A DNA stretch of 64,000 bases from Paramecium tetraurelia (taxonomy: Eukaryota): positions 337,067 through 401,066 of the forward strand of contig CT868318.1 in NCBI GenBank assembly GCA_000165425.1. The letters are read 5' to 3'. Each line of letters begins with the position of its first letter. The stretch's first letter is position 1. The notes beneath the pieces are model-generated. The model saw only the letters and a list, made by a program, of their open reading frames with translations, ran no database searches and was not told the origin of the DNA. Position numbers and translations under genes: made by a program. Shown here one piece after another: positions 11,698-24,059 of the stretch.

Positions 11698-14600
11698 ATG
11701 TTAAGGGGTGGCGGGGCTTGTACTTCTTAAACTAAACAACAATCTCTTTCCATCAGCTCATTATAAATTTCTAATCAATTTGAGAATGTTCTCTCAAGTA
11801 ATGTCCTATTGCTATCAAAAAGTGCTGAGGATTTTAACAATAATTATTCATAACTTTACAATAGTCTTTAAATACTGCTATCACTTGATCAAGAACTATA
11901 TAATCTCACCAAATCAAGGAATCAACTCAATAAATAGGTTGAAAGTTTAGAGAAATGGCTTACAGAAGTTCTTGAATCATGTTTGAAATTAAAGAATCCA
12001 TAACTTCGATATTTAGCACTCCAATTTGCTCAAAAACTGTCCAGGACTATATTTTGGTATTATTGTTAATCAAAGTCAATTAAAGATAGAATGCAGTAAT
12101 AATATATTTCTACGTTAAATAAAATTGAGACTCAAAATAATGCATCAGATAGTTTTTACAAAAATATGATTGAATATGAAATCATGGTGTGTAAGATGAT
12201 ATTTGTCATTTTGCCTAATGATCTACAAGAAGGTTTGGAAGTTATGGCCTTATTTACAAGTTACAATTAAATTCTAATGACTACACTTCCAAAATCCACT
12301 CAGGATACCATTAAAAGTGGGGTTGTTTAATCAATTAGGGATGCTACTAAAGTCCAATACAGAAAAATCTATAAATAAATATTTAATATAGATACAATGA
12401 AATGGTGGGTGATATAGGAACTCCGATAAAGTAATCATTCAGCAAAGGAAATCATTACAGAATTACACAATTTCCACAAGGATATATCAAAATCTGATTA
12501 TTATGTACATTATGCTTGGATCTAAGCTGTCAGTGATATTGTATCATATGCTCCTTTAATTTCTGAAGATCATATATAAATTATAAATTCGGATCTATAG
12601 GATTTGATAGATATGGGATGTTTGTAAAAAATTAAGAATGAATATCGTGTGACATTTAGCTACATTAAAATGAAGAATCAATATTGTCAATAGATATACG
12701 AAAAAATACCTATTTTTACCATGCTTAAATAAATATAATCTTAGATTATTACATAAGATAAGTTCTTCAATTCTCTTTATAAGAAAAAGGAAGAGTAAAA
12801 GGAATCTTAAAAATAGGAGTTAGAAACCAAAAATGTCTTTGAGTATCTTTTTTAATTATTTGTTGAGATTGATATTGAAGCAAATATTGATTTAATCAAA
12901 AAAGCAAATCAAAGTTATCATGAATTAAATGAGAATATAACTTTAATTAAATAATTAAGTTTAAATAAGTGGATTAGAATGTTGGAGAAGAAATCCTATG
13001 ATGATCCTGTTGTTTTTGGAGAATTTGAAGAAAAACAAAAGTAAATTAAACACTTAATAAATCAAGTCAAAGGAATTTAAAGATTCTTGATTCATTTTGA
13101 TTATATACTTTTACAATGGAATATAATGGAATAAATAGCAAGTTCTGAAGGAAAATAAACGCAATTGTAATCCATATTTTTAGAAAATCAATAGAATTAT
13201 TTGGATTGTCATTTAATAAGTAAAGCCAATTTAGAGAATTTGAAGGATATACAATTATTAAATATTAATTTTGATGTTTACTTCTCGATAATTACTGAAT
13301 TTATTGAGAAGCAATATTAAACAGTCATAAAGGTTGTGCAAACAACTAGATCTACAGATCCGATAATCTCCTTATATAAATAGAATAAGGATATTACTGA
13401 TATTGTATAAAATAGTTTAAGAAAAGTAAATGATAAAATAATACAATTTAAAAATGCTTTTATGCGCATTTCTTTGAAATTAAAATAAGTTGACTATAAT
13501 TGCATATAATAATTTTATCTGGTCTCTTTGAGATTACAATACTTAGAATTTCCAAATCAATAATTTGAATTCAGAAATTAAGACCACAAGACTCTATTTT
13601 TTATTTAAGGCTATGAGAAATAAATAATAAAGAGTTAATTAATTGAATTGCACAAAGAGTTTCGAGAGTTATTTGCAAGCAGCTAGTTTCAAGACTACGA
13701 ATAAGCAAAAGTTTATATAAGATCGATTCAATTTATAAGTAAAACTATTGACAATTTGATTAATCAAAATAAGAAAATAATCTAACATATTCACAATTAT
13801 AAATTGTCTCTATAAATAGATTATGCATATGATTATTATAATGATTTAATAAATTAATGGAATACTATGTTTTAAATGGCTGAAGAATTAGACTATCAAA
13901 AATATGACTAATCATTCATTTAGATAAAATATGACGAATTAAAAAAGATTTATGAATATATTTGTTAAATAAATACATCTATAAGATGGCCAGTCAATCC
14001 TTAATTAGCTTCATATTTTAAGATGTAAAGTTAATTAGAAGGATTAATTCAGGAACTCCAAATCTATTAAAGTTACAATCTTAGTTAAGATCTAAATTCT
14101 TAAATTCGGTATTAGAGTATTATAACTAATATTAAATAAATATGTCTAAGCTAAGTACAAAAAGTCAAATCAATTCTTGAGTAATATACATAAGGCGTGG
14201 ATCAATTGTCCAATCGATTGGAAAATCAAACAAATTTTTAAATTGAAGAATTGTAAAACCTATTACTAAGCGTGTAAGAAGCTTTGGACGATACCTTGAA
14301 TTTGGTTTAATCTCGACTACTAACATCCAATCAAAATTCAACCAGTGGTTCAATTAATGTCTTGTAAAGTAACAAAAAACAAGATTTTGAGACATTCTAT
14401 AATTATAAATTTAGCACTGAAACAATTATAGTCATGCAATTTATTAAGTTCAATTTCAATTTTATAGACTAGAATGCAATATTAGAAATACTCAAATCGG
14501 ATGAAAATGAATTAGAAAATCTACATATCGTTTAATCTGCCATGGAATCTCCAATAATACGATCTATTGTGATTGTTAATTTGATGAATGTTTGGAATTG

Positions 14601-17600
14601 TTGTTTGGTTGAAGAAGATTTTGATACAATTAGTAAATTAATTTTATAAATTCGAATAAATGAGACTAATGTATTGATTAAAAGAGAAATCAAATCCACT
14701 TACAAAAAAGAGTTTAATTAAATAGTTAATAATTCGCTCTAAGGAGAATTAGCATGGTTTGAGTTGGATTTGAAATAAATGATTTAAGAGAGAAATTCAT
14801 TGTATTTTTAAATTAAATACGAGCCAACCTTTGAGCTTTCTTAAAAGTTAGAAGAAAAGATAAACAAATTGACAAATCAAATATAAACAAGAATTTAAAA
14901 TTTTTAAGAATTGGAATAAGACTATAATATTTCAATTCCATTTTGTAATAAATTATTGTCAGATTTTGAAAAAAGCTATCAAGGTTCATAATCTATAGAA
15001 CTACAAGAGATTAGCTTTTATTAAGGAAACTCAATTACTGAACTATTTCTATTAAGGATGGATAATATTACTAGAAAAATAAAAATAGCCTAAGTTAAAA
15101 ATACTTATGTTGAGTTTGAATGCTAAAACAGAAGCAAAAATTAAATTAGATTATTATTTTTCTCAAAAAGAAAAAAGAAACAGTACTATGGATAGATTTT
15201 TAGATGATTTATAATAGGATAGATTACTATTATTATAAGGAGAGTCAGGATCAGGAAAAAGTCTAGCTACAAAAATGATTGAAGAGTATGTTTGGAAAAG
15301 AAATGATCCAATCAAAATTATTCCTATTATTATAAAGTTGTCAGAGTTGAAGGATCCAATTAACAATGCTATAATTGAAACCTTAAGATCCTTAAATTAT
15401 AAATTAAATGTATCTCAAATAGAATAATTATAAGCTCATATTAGATCGAATAAAATGCAAATGCTATTTATATTTTAAGGTTATGATAAACTCAATCAAA
15501 ATTAAAAAAGTATTAACTTTCTTAAATCGAATAATTTAATTTAATGGAATACACCTTGTTTACAGAATACGCCAAAATATATTGTTGTTTCCAGGAGTGA
15601 GCAATTTAAAAATCCAAATCATTTACGTTGGATTGATTAAAATGAAGAAAATTATAAAATCAAAAATTATTGGAATTTAAAAATACTTCCTTTTGATACT
15701 GATTAAATCAATTAATTTTTAATACAGTTCTAAGAAATAAGTATAAGAAATGTTGTTATGGATTTTTACTAACTGATGTGTGAATTTCCACATCAGGATT
15801 TATTAATCTATAATTTTATCTCATTTTGGAAGAAGATTAACTTTAATTTTAATGAGTAAAGTTTAGGGAATGTGTTACTATCCTAACCAATTATCAATAA
15901 ATTAATAATTACACTATAGCAAGACACAAATATCAAAAATTTTAAAGGATCTATTACTTAATAATTGTCTCTTTAATTAGGATAGTTAAAATCAAGCTAT
16001 TATTATAGTAGAATTTTGGAAACCCTCTAATTTGATCAATCCATCGATAACCCATAAATCTTAAAGGTTTTTATTTATGCATTACCAAAATTAATCTTAA
16101 ATTTATCTGACCTTCCAAAAATCAAAAATTAATTCTTCAATGTCTTTTTTACATAAAATTATCAAAGCCTTTGCGATATTAGTGAGGCTACAATTGATTT
16201 AGAAAACCATTGGAATTAATTGGTTAATAGTTAATTTTTCAAAATGTACAACTTAGAGTATTCGGTAGCAAAAGCTAAATTAATAATCAATTAATTATTT
16301 TTAAATGATAAAGCTCTCATAAATAAACTTATATAAGCATTTGAAAAAATACAAATCACTCATTATGATCTTTATGAAGAATATATGAATTACTAGTTTG
16401 ATAAGTCCGTTGTTAACTTTGAATTAAATGAGTAAGGAATTGATCTAACAATATTTAGATAAGAATAATGGAACTTTTCTTTAAATTTCGCATAATAATT
16501 AGCCATTAATGAATTATTTTCAATCAAATTGAATAATTAAAATTCATCAAAGGCAATAGGATCTGTAAGTGATCTATAAATAATTCTGTAAGATGATATA
16601 TATTAAATAAAAGATACTCTTATATCAAAAAGGTATTTAAGAAACTCAATACCATTAAGGGAACAATTTTCAGTCTATTCTTTTGAAAGCAAGATCATCT
16701 AGGAATTCTTAGTAGCGAAAGTAATAATATAATAAATAGAATAAGTTGATCACGTCCCAAAAAATGAACTATTTGATAATACTATAATTAAAATGAAAAA
16801 TGTATCAAATCCATTTTATATTGGAACAGTTAATTTTATTGTTTAAAAATTAAAATCTAACTTTCATTTAAAACAAAAGTTAATGAAGATGATTTAATTA
16901 TCATCAAGTAATGTGGATTATTGTTAATTATCATCCAATGCCTTTTACTTGTTAATGTAATTGGATGGTTCTATAAGAGGAGGAAATCTTATGAATGTAA
17001 AACTTAAAGATATTGTAATCGAGGATTGTTATTTATAAGATTGCAATTTATCTGGGTCAGAATGGAATAATATAACTGTGAAGAATTTTTCATTGATAAA
17101 AAACAATATGTCAAATATGACTTGTAAGAACCTGAAATTGGCGTCTTTTTTTATAAAGAATACTTTAAAAAGCCCTCTTTTTGTCAGAATTTTTCAATCT
17201 GGTCAAATCATCATCGTTTATAAACATTCAATTCAAGATTTATTTGGCAATTTAATTATTAACGGTACATTTCAAAATTGCTAAATATATTAGATAGGAG
17301 ACGATTTTTATATTACAACAGAAAATATATTTTATCTTCTTAGAGAAACTAATAACAAAATTAACTCATATTAATTCGATATTCAAAATGTCATATCAGT
17401 AACATAATTTGATTAATATATTATGCTTTTGTAGTTGATGGCACCTTCTGATGCTAAAATTTTCTAGCTTAATCCAATAAAGCAGGAAATCCAATTTAGA
17501 ATTCCAATATTACTCCAAGATATTATTAAATATAATATCAAATAATTTTATGATATGTAAGGTAACTTGATTGTATTTTTAACACAAACTTTATAAGTCT

Positions 17601-20011
17601 AAAGCATGCATTATTAAATTGAGGGTGGATAACTATCATTTGATAATCTAACATTTCATACTACTCTGAATAATATTGAAAGAATAAGTTCAATAAAATA
17701 TTATTAGGACTTAGATATTACTGTTGTTACAAAGGAAATTGTTGACGCCTATTAAGAATATGATGTTATCTATGGTACTTTCAACTAATTAATTGGAAAA
17801 TTTATTGTTATTGAAAATCAAAAAAAATAATTTTTATATTTAAATAACACCAATTTATAGTTGATAAGTTAGGAAACCTTCAAAATGATTAGTGAATGCG
17901 AATTATATGAAACCACTTTAAATTTAAAAAAAAGTTAATGTTATTTAATGAATCATGAGACTATGTTGTTAACATTTTAAGATTCCTTTATAATTTTGAG
18001 TTTACAACCTTTTGAAGTAATAAAGCAAATTAAAATACAAGCTAATGATCTCATTATAAATTCGAAATATAATTATATTTAAATATTGACTGAGTGTGAA
18101 CTTCTCTGTATCGATATAACTTATGCTCAGGATAGATAGGATAAAATAATTAATTCTGCATTTTAACTAGATAGTGTCTATTTTATATAAAACTCTTGTA
18201 ATTTTTTAGGGAAAATGAGTAAATCTGAAGATATTTATATTGTAACACTAAAAAAAGGCATATATGATTTTAAGAATTTGGGTTAATCTGATAATTCTTA
18301 GATGTATTTAAGTAATGATGAAAACTATGCGATCTTTAGCAAAAATAAAGAAACTATTTGTTATGATTTAAAATCAAATATAAAGATGAACTTTGTTGCG
18401 TTATTATATGATAGAATTTTATGGATAAAAGATAATTAAAATTTTTTTTATTTATAACATGGTTTTATAGAGGAGTTTAGAAACTCTTTGATTACAGTAA
18501 AAAACAAAATTATTAATAAATAATCTTCTAGATAAATTAAATCAGCTTAGAGCACTGAAAAGAGATTATTCATAACTACAAATACAAATGAAACTATTGT
18601 GTTAAATCAAAAATTCTAATAGGAATACGTAACAACTAAATATATGATTAAAAAATATAGAGAATTTTATATAACAAATAACGATCTTAGATATGAGAGT
18701 AATGTAAGAAATACCATTACAATTATTTATGACTCAAAAAATAAAATCAAAGATTTTTGGATTTTTACAGAAACCATACTAATAAGGGAATAAGAAGATA
18801 ATAATGAAATGAGTACATTGGTTTTATTGAGAAAATTAGATAATTGCATCTTGGCTTAAATTTAAATTTAAATAGATCACATTGCTTATACAGATAATAT
18901 GATATAGATAATTAGCAATAGAATTTTATGGCTAACATATTCAGCAAAAGACTTCTATTAGCTCTAATCAAATATTTTGCTTGTGAACCAAATTCAAATG
19001 TCATCAAATAGTTATGATTAAGTTGCAATTGTTTCTGCTTTTTCAGAGATTACCTTCTGGAGTACAATTACATATTAGGTTCTTTAAAGTTTGAAAAATG
19101 TAGAACTAATCTAATATTTTAAAATGATACCCAATAAAGATAGACAATTTTATGTTGCTGATAGAGATGTTTTAAAATTGTACAATCAAAATCAAGTTCG
19201 CTTTACAATATAACTAATAAAGAAAAGAATTTAAATTGTTACTAATACATGGGGTGCCATTCATCATATATATCAAGTCGAGGAAGACAAAATCACTTTA
19301 AATAGTATGAATGAAGATTCTAAAATAATTAATTGGAAGAAAGTTGTATTTGAGTTAGATTCAAATAGAGAATAAATAGATTGTATCGATAATAAAGATT
19401 AAAAACTCATATATTTTAGTGGATAAAAACTATAACTCAGTAATTTGGATTCATTTGACATAATTAAGAGTATCCCTTTTCCAGAAACTTTTAAGGCTAT
19501 TTAAATTAAATATAATCAAGATTGCTCACTAATAATATTGAGATCAAATGATAAAGTTATTATTATAGAAGCATTAGAATTAAAAATATTGAATTCAATT
19601 TCACTTAATGAAATTTTTCCATAATTTTTTGAGTATGCATCTCAACTTGAAATCTTTATATAAGGACAAAGCAATTTGATTTTAAAACAAATCAAAGATA
19701 CCTAAAATTTAATTTACACATATTCATTAACCTCTAAACGGTTAGATTTGATTACTTTAAGCAATAATGAATTAATGATCGGTCCTAATTCATAGGGCTT
19801 AGTCATAATTGATAAAAAAACAGGATCTATTTAACTATATCATCCTATAATTATAGAAACACAATTTAATTCTATATCTTATATCAAAACCATAGAACAA
19901 AATAAATCAATGCTTGCAAAATGTTAATTATTTGGTAATTAACTAATTAATTGTAATATAACTCTTAATAATCAAATTAATATTAGTGATATTTGGAGAA
20001 ATATCGTCTGA
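11698..20011 (+). CDS. giant STAND/NACHT-type NTPase (NLR-like): LRGG N-terminus, helical region, NACHT, pentapeptide repeats, degenerate WD40-like C-terminus
   Basis: Starts MLRGGGACTS. Walker A LLLLQGESGSGKS (~15224-15262), IPIIIKLSEL, Walker B-like LFIFQGYDKL, YSFESKIIQEFLVA. Pentapeptide-like NLMNVKLKDIVIEDCYLQDCNLSGSEWNN (~16985-17070). Beta-rich tail to TGA 20009-20011. One frame change near 15120-15200. Confidence 0.8.
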
Positions 20012-21304
20012 GATAAATGATATCTATTTATATTTTGCAAATAACAATTCAATCATTATTATTTAACCCTTCAATATAAATATAAATTAAACTATTGATT
20101 TTATTGATGTTATTCACACCTATATAATGAAATTCATAAAAAAACATATATTATTTGGGTGCCTTTCTTTATTCTATTAAAATTAATTCTCTTTTACTAA
20201 TCTAAATTTCATAAATTTCAATTCTTGAAATTTTCATAATAATTTTCAAAATTATTACACACCAATAAATGTTAATATTTTGAATAAATTCAAGCATTAA
20301 AAGCATGATAATTGAAAACATGAGTTAACATAATTTAATTAAATTAATTTTGGATACTGTTTTAAGAAATTTAAATTCTATTTGGTGTAAATCTTATTTT
20401 TTTGATTTTTTCTAAAAAATGATGTTTTGTATTTTTTGAGGTATTAATGCAATTCATTTTCCCAATTACCTTTTTCATAAAAATAGAATAGCCAAATAAT
20501 GATGAAAAGTAGGATCTAAATTCAGAAAACAGCCTGGTTTTAGTTTATAATTCAATAAAATGATTAGAATGAAAGAAGGACTAAAGAAAGAAATAATTTA
20601 CAACGAAATGTAAATGGTTTTCCAACTAGTCAGTTACACCTTTTGCAGCTGCAATGTATTATGTAAATGCTGATATGAACATCTGAGCGTTTGGTATGCT
20701 ATTTTCGTTTTGAGTGATAAAATAAATTTACAATAATATAAATGAAGAATTATTGAAACAAATAATCTTTAAGAATTGTAAATATTCTTATAATAAACAG
20801 CTAATTTTTCAATCTCTTAAATTTATTTACCTTAAATTAGCGCTCTAAGAAATATTAACTATAGACGTTAAATATCTTAACAATTAATACAAGAATTAAT
20901 TAAAGAAGTAGTTAATGAACAGAAAAATTAAAAGAAATTGTACTCATTCTGATCAAATCTAATAATTTGTTATAATAACTATGTGGACTAATAACTGATT
21001 AAACCTAATTATATTTGCAAATAACGATATATATTGTAATCAGTATATTTCTAAAGGCTATTACAATTTTAAAGAATAACGAATTAATGATTTGTTTTCT
21101 ATAAATTATACAAATACATGATAATAAGTTTTAGTAACTCAATAATCAAAATAGGAATTCGAATTTAAATGTCTCATCATTAAATTTCTTTGAATTCTCT
21201 TACTAGTAGAGACCATTTGAATATAAAAATAATGTATTTATTTATAAAGAGGGAATAAAGCTTATATAAATTTAATAAAGGATATTATTAATATTTAATC
21301 TGAA

Positions 21305-23896
21305 TCAAAAGCACTTTGAAGCAAGCTAGAATATCCTTTATGTTGCTTATAGTTTTGCTAGTTAGAAACTTTTTCTAAAAACATCACTCCAATTTGAATA
21401 ACTAATTGATGGAAAATACCAGCAAATTTTCCACCACCTTCTACCTATGCATCTTCTAACCCAATTCAATGATATGTGTTACCAAGATGCATAAAGATCA
21501 AATGTCAAAGCTTCTATTTAAAAATCCAAATAGACCATGTATCTATTAGGTACGATGGAATTGTCTGTTTAATTAAACTTAAATTAGGCAACCCCGGTAG
21601 CAGAACCTTTGAAGACATGTCCTTCAACTCCAGCTCTGATTTTAATTACATAAATAATATTTAGCTCCCCATAGGCTGTCACACCCAAAGATGCATAAAG
21701 ATTTTCTGAAATACCAAGTTCACTTTCAGTTTTGATTAAAGATTCAGTAAAGCCCCAAGATAAATTATAATCAGCACCTATTGTTAAAGGGTACCCCATA
21801 ATTAAAATAACAGTACCAAAAATTCTCTAAGCTTTGGTTCCTTATAATTTAACAGGTTATAAAGGCTTCCCTTAATATTAAAAATCTCTCTTATGTAAAA
21901 CAACTACACAATCACCATTAAGTGAGATGCATGCTTACAGATATCCTGTGGCTCCTGTATCATTTACTTTTCCTTAAAATTCTGCCTATAATCCAATTTT
22001 TTATTTAAAAACCGTTGCCTATTTCAGAATTCTTTTTTAGTTAAAAACATTAGAATTACATTCACCTTATTAATTTTCTAATTATGTTTCTGAACTCGAA
22101 CCTACATCTCCATTTTCATTCTAAAGTAATCTACTATCTCCTTGGGTATTTTAATTTGATTACTAGGCTTGTGTTTAATCTTACTAGTTTTAATTTTAAT
22201 CACTTTAATCTGTTTAACTTTATATTTTATCTTATAAATCTTGTATTGAATAATATTTAAGTGTTTATTTATTTTTGATTTCTGTAAGGGCATTTGTTAA
22301 GTCTTCGTCAGACTTTGTTTCTACAGTTATTAAGTTTGAGTCATTTGTAATTTCTGTCTCTCATTTTCCAGCTAAATCTTCTTCATCATTACTTTCATTA
22401 GAATTATCAGATGATACAAAATTACTAACTTTATACTTATTTTTTATATTTCCGGATACTAAATACTTCTCCTTCTCTCCCCTTTTCTCTTAATATTCTT
22501 GAACCATATCTAACACCCTCATAGGTTTATCAGTCCTACTATGTATTTTCTCTTATTTTTCTACTTTTTTCTTAATTTTTTAATTTAGCATGTCTTATTT
22601 TTTTATAGATATGTTGTTGATAAATCGTTGGTAAGGCCGAATATATTGAGTTGAAAAATGGAGGTTTAATAATGTTTTTGGCTGATNNNNNNNNNNNNNN
22701 NNNNNNNNNNNNNNNNNNNNNNNNNNNNNNNNNNNNNNNNNNNNNNNNNNNNNNNNNNNNNNNNNNNNNNNNNNNNNNNNNNNNNNNNNNNNNNNNNNNN
22801 NNNNNNNNNNNNNNNNNNNNNNNNNNNNNNNNNNNNAATTTTTAATTTATGTTTATGATTTTCCAGCTAAATCTTCTTCATCATAACTTTCATTAGAATT
22901 ATCAGATGATACAAAATTACTAAATTTAGAATTAGTTGTTATATGTGAGGATACTAAATAATTATTATTATCTAAACTGGTCTCTTAAGATTATTCAAAC
23001 ATATCTAAAAAACTAATACCTTTAGAACTACTACCATCTATTTTATCTGATTTTGTTACTTTTTTAGTAATTTTAGTATTGCCAAGCCATGATGTTGTAA
23101 TACTTATCTTCGGAATAAATACTTCCTAACCAACAAAATATGCATTTGTATAATCTTCCTTTAATAATCTTTTTCCATCAGTTCCAATACTATCAGCTGG
23201 GTCTACAGTAGGAGCTATGTGTATCACATTCGAAACTAAAGGTTAAAGCAGTTCATTTGGAACTTCATATGGTACCCCAATTTATTATATAGATCCAGTT
23301 TATTAGTCAGTAACTACTGTGATTAATGGTACCTCATTTACATTTCCACATTCAGCTGTTGAAATTCCTTCACATAAATTTTGACCTCCAGTTGATGATG
23401 TTGCTTGTAATATCCTTAAGAGTTTCTTAATTTTTTATTCTATTTCTGTATTTTAATCAATCATCTCTTCATATTATCTAGTTCCTTCAGAATTTTATTA
23501 AAATGTTTAGACTTTCAAACCCGTAAGAATCAACAAACTTGAGGAATTTTTTTGATTTACATCATAGACAACTCTTTTGGTTTTCATTGAAATTTAAGTA
23601 CAATTATAAAATCCGTTAGATTGATGTGATATACAAATTTCATCCACTTATGAGAACTCATCTCTTTGGAATTTTTTGAGCGTTGGGGCCGAACTTTTGT
23701 TTTAACTTAGATATATTCCTAAAAATATCCCAATACCAGATAACACAAAGAAAGATACACTTAAAGAAATCCATTTACATTTCGTTGTAAAGTATTTCTT
23801 GCCCTAGTTCTTTTGTTCACTTTATTAGATTTAAAAACCAGGACTGCTATCTGAAATTATTTCCTACTTTTCTTCTGAGTTGTTTTATTAATTCAT
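21305..23896 (-). CDS. type II membrane protein of unknown function with beta-rich C-terminus (spans the assembly gap)
   Basis: MNQQNNSEEK...KWISLSVSFFVLSGIGIFLGIYLS helix. C-terminal GYPLTIGADYNLSWGF...RAGVEGHVFKGSATG. Ends GYSSLLQSAF*. Confidence 0.65.
22363..22923. repeat. direct repeat flanking the gap (22363-22428 and 22858-22923)
   Basis: attttccagctaaatcttcttcatcat(t/a)actttcattagaattatcagatgatacaaaattactaa occurs twice with one mismatch. Weaker similarity continues for about 200 nt to the right of each copy. Confidence 0.9.
22687..22836. other. assembly gap (150 N)
   Basis: Run of N. Confidence 1.
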
Positions 23897-24059
23897 TATT
23901 GTTAATATTATTTAATAAACTTACTTGCTTATAAATGCAGAAAATTAAAAGAATTATTTTTAAGAACTTCGAGAACAATCTTTCATGAAACATAAATAGA
24001 AACCATTTTTATTAATATAGTGTTTAATTATTTTATCTTTAATTAAATAATATAAATAA

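Noticed and set aside
14945..14975. 31-nt GT..AG intron as the fix for the NACHT frame change
   Set aside because: It would remove the family-like pre-NACHT motif that is read in frame 1 up to ~15123.
22361..22363. In-frame TGA as selenocysteine
   Set aside because: The equivalent codon in the other copy is TCA (Ser), there is no redox motif, and it lies near a low-quality contig end.
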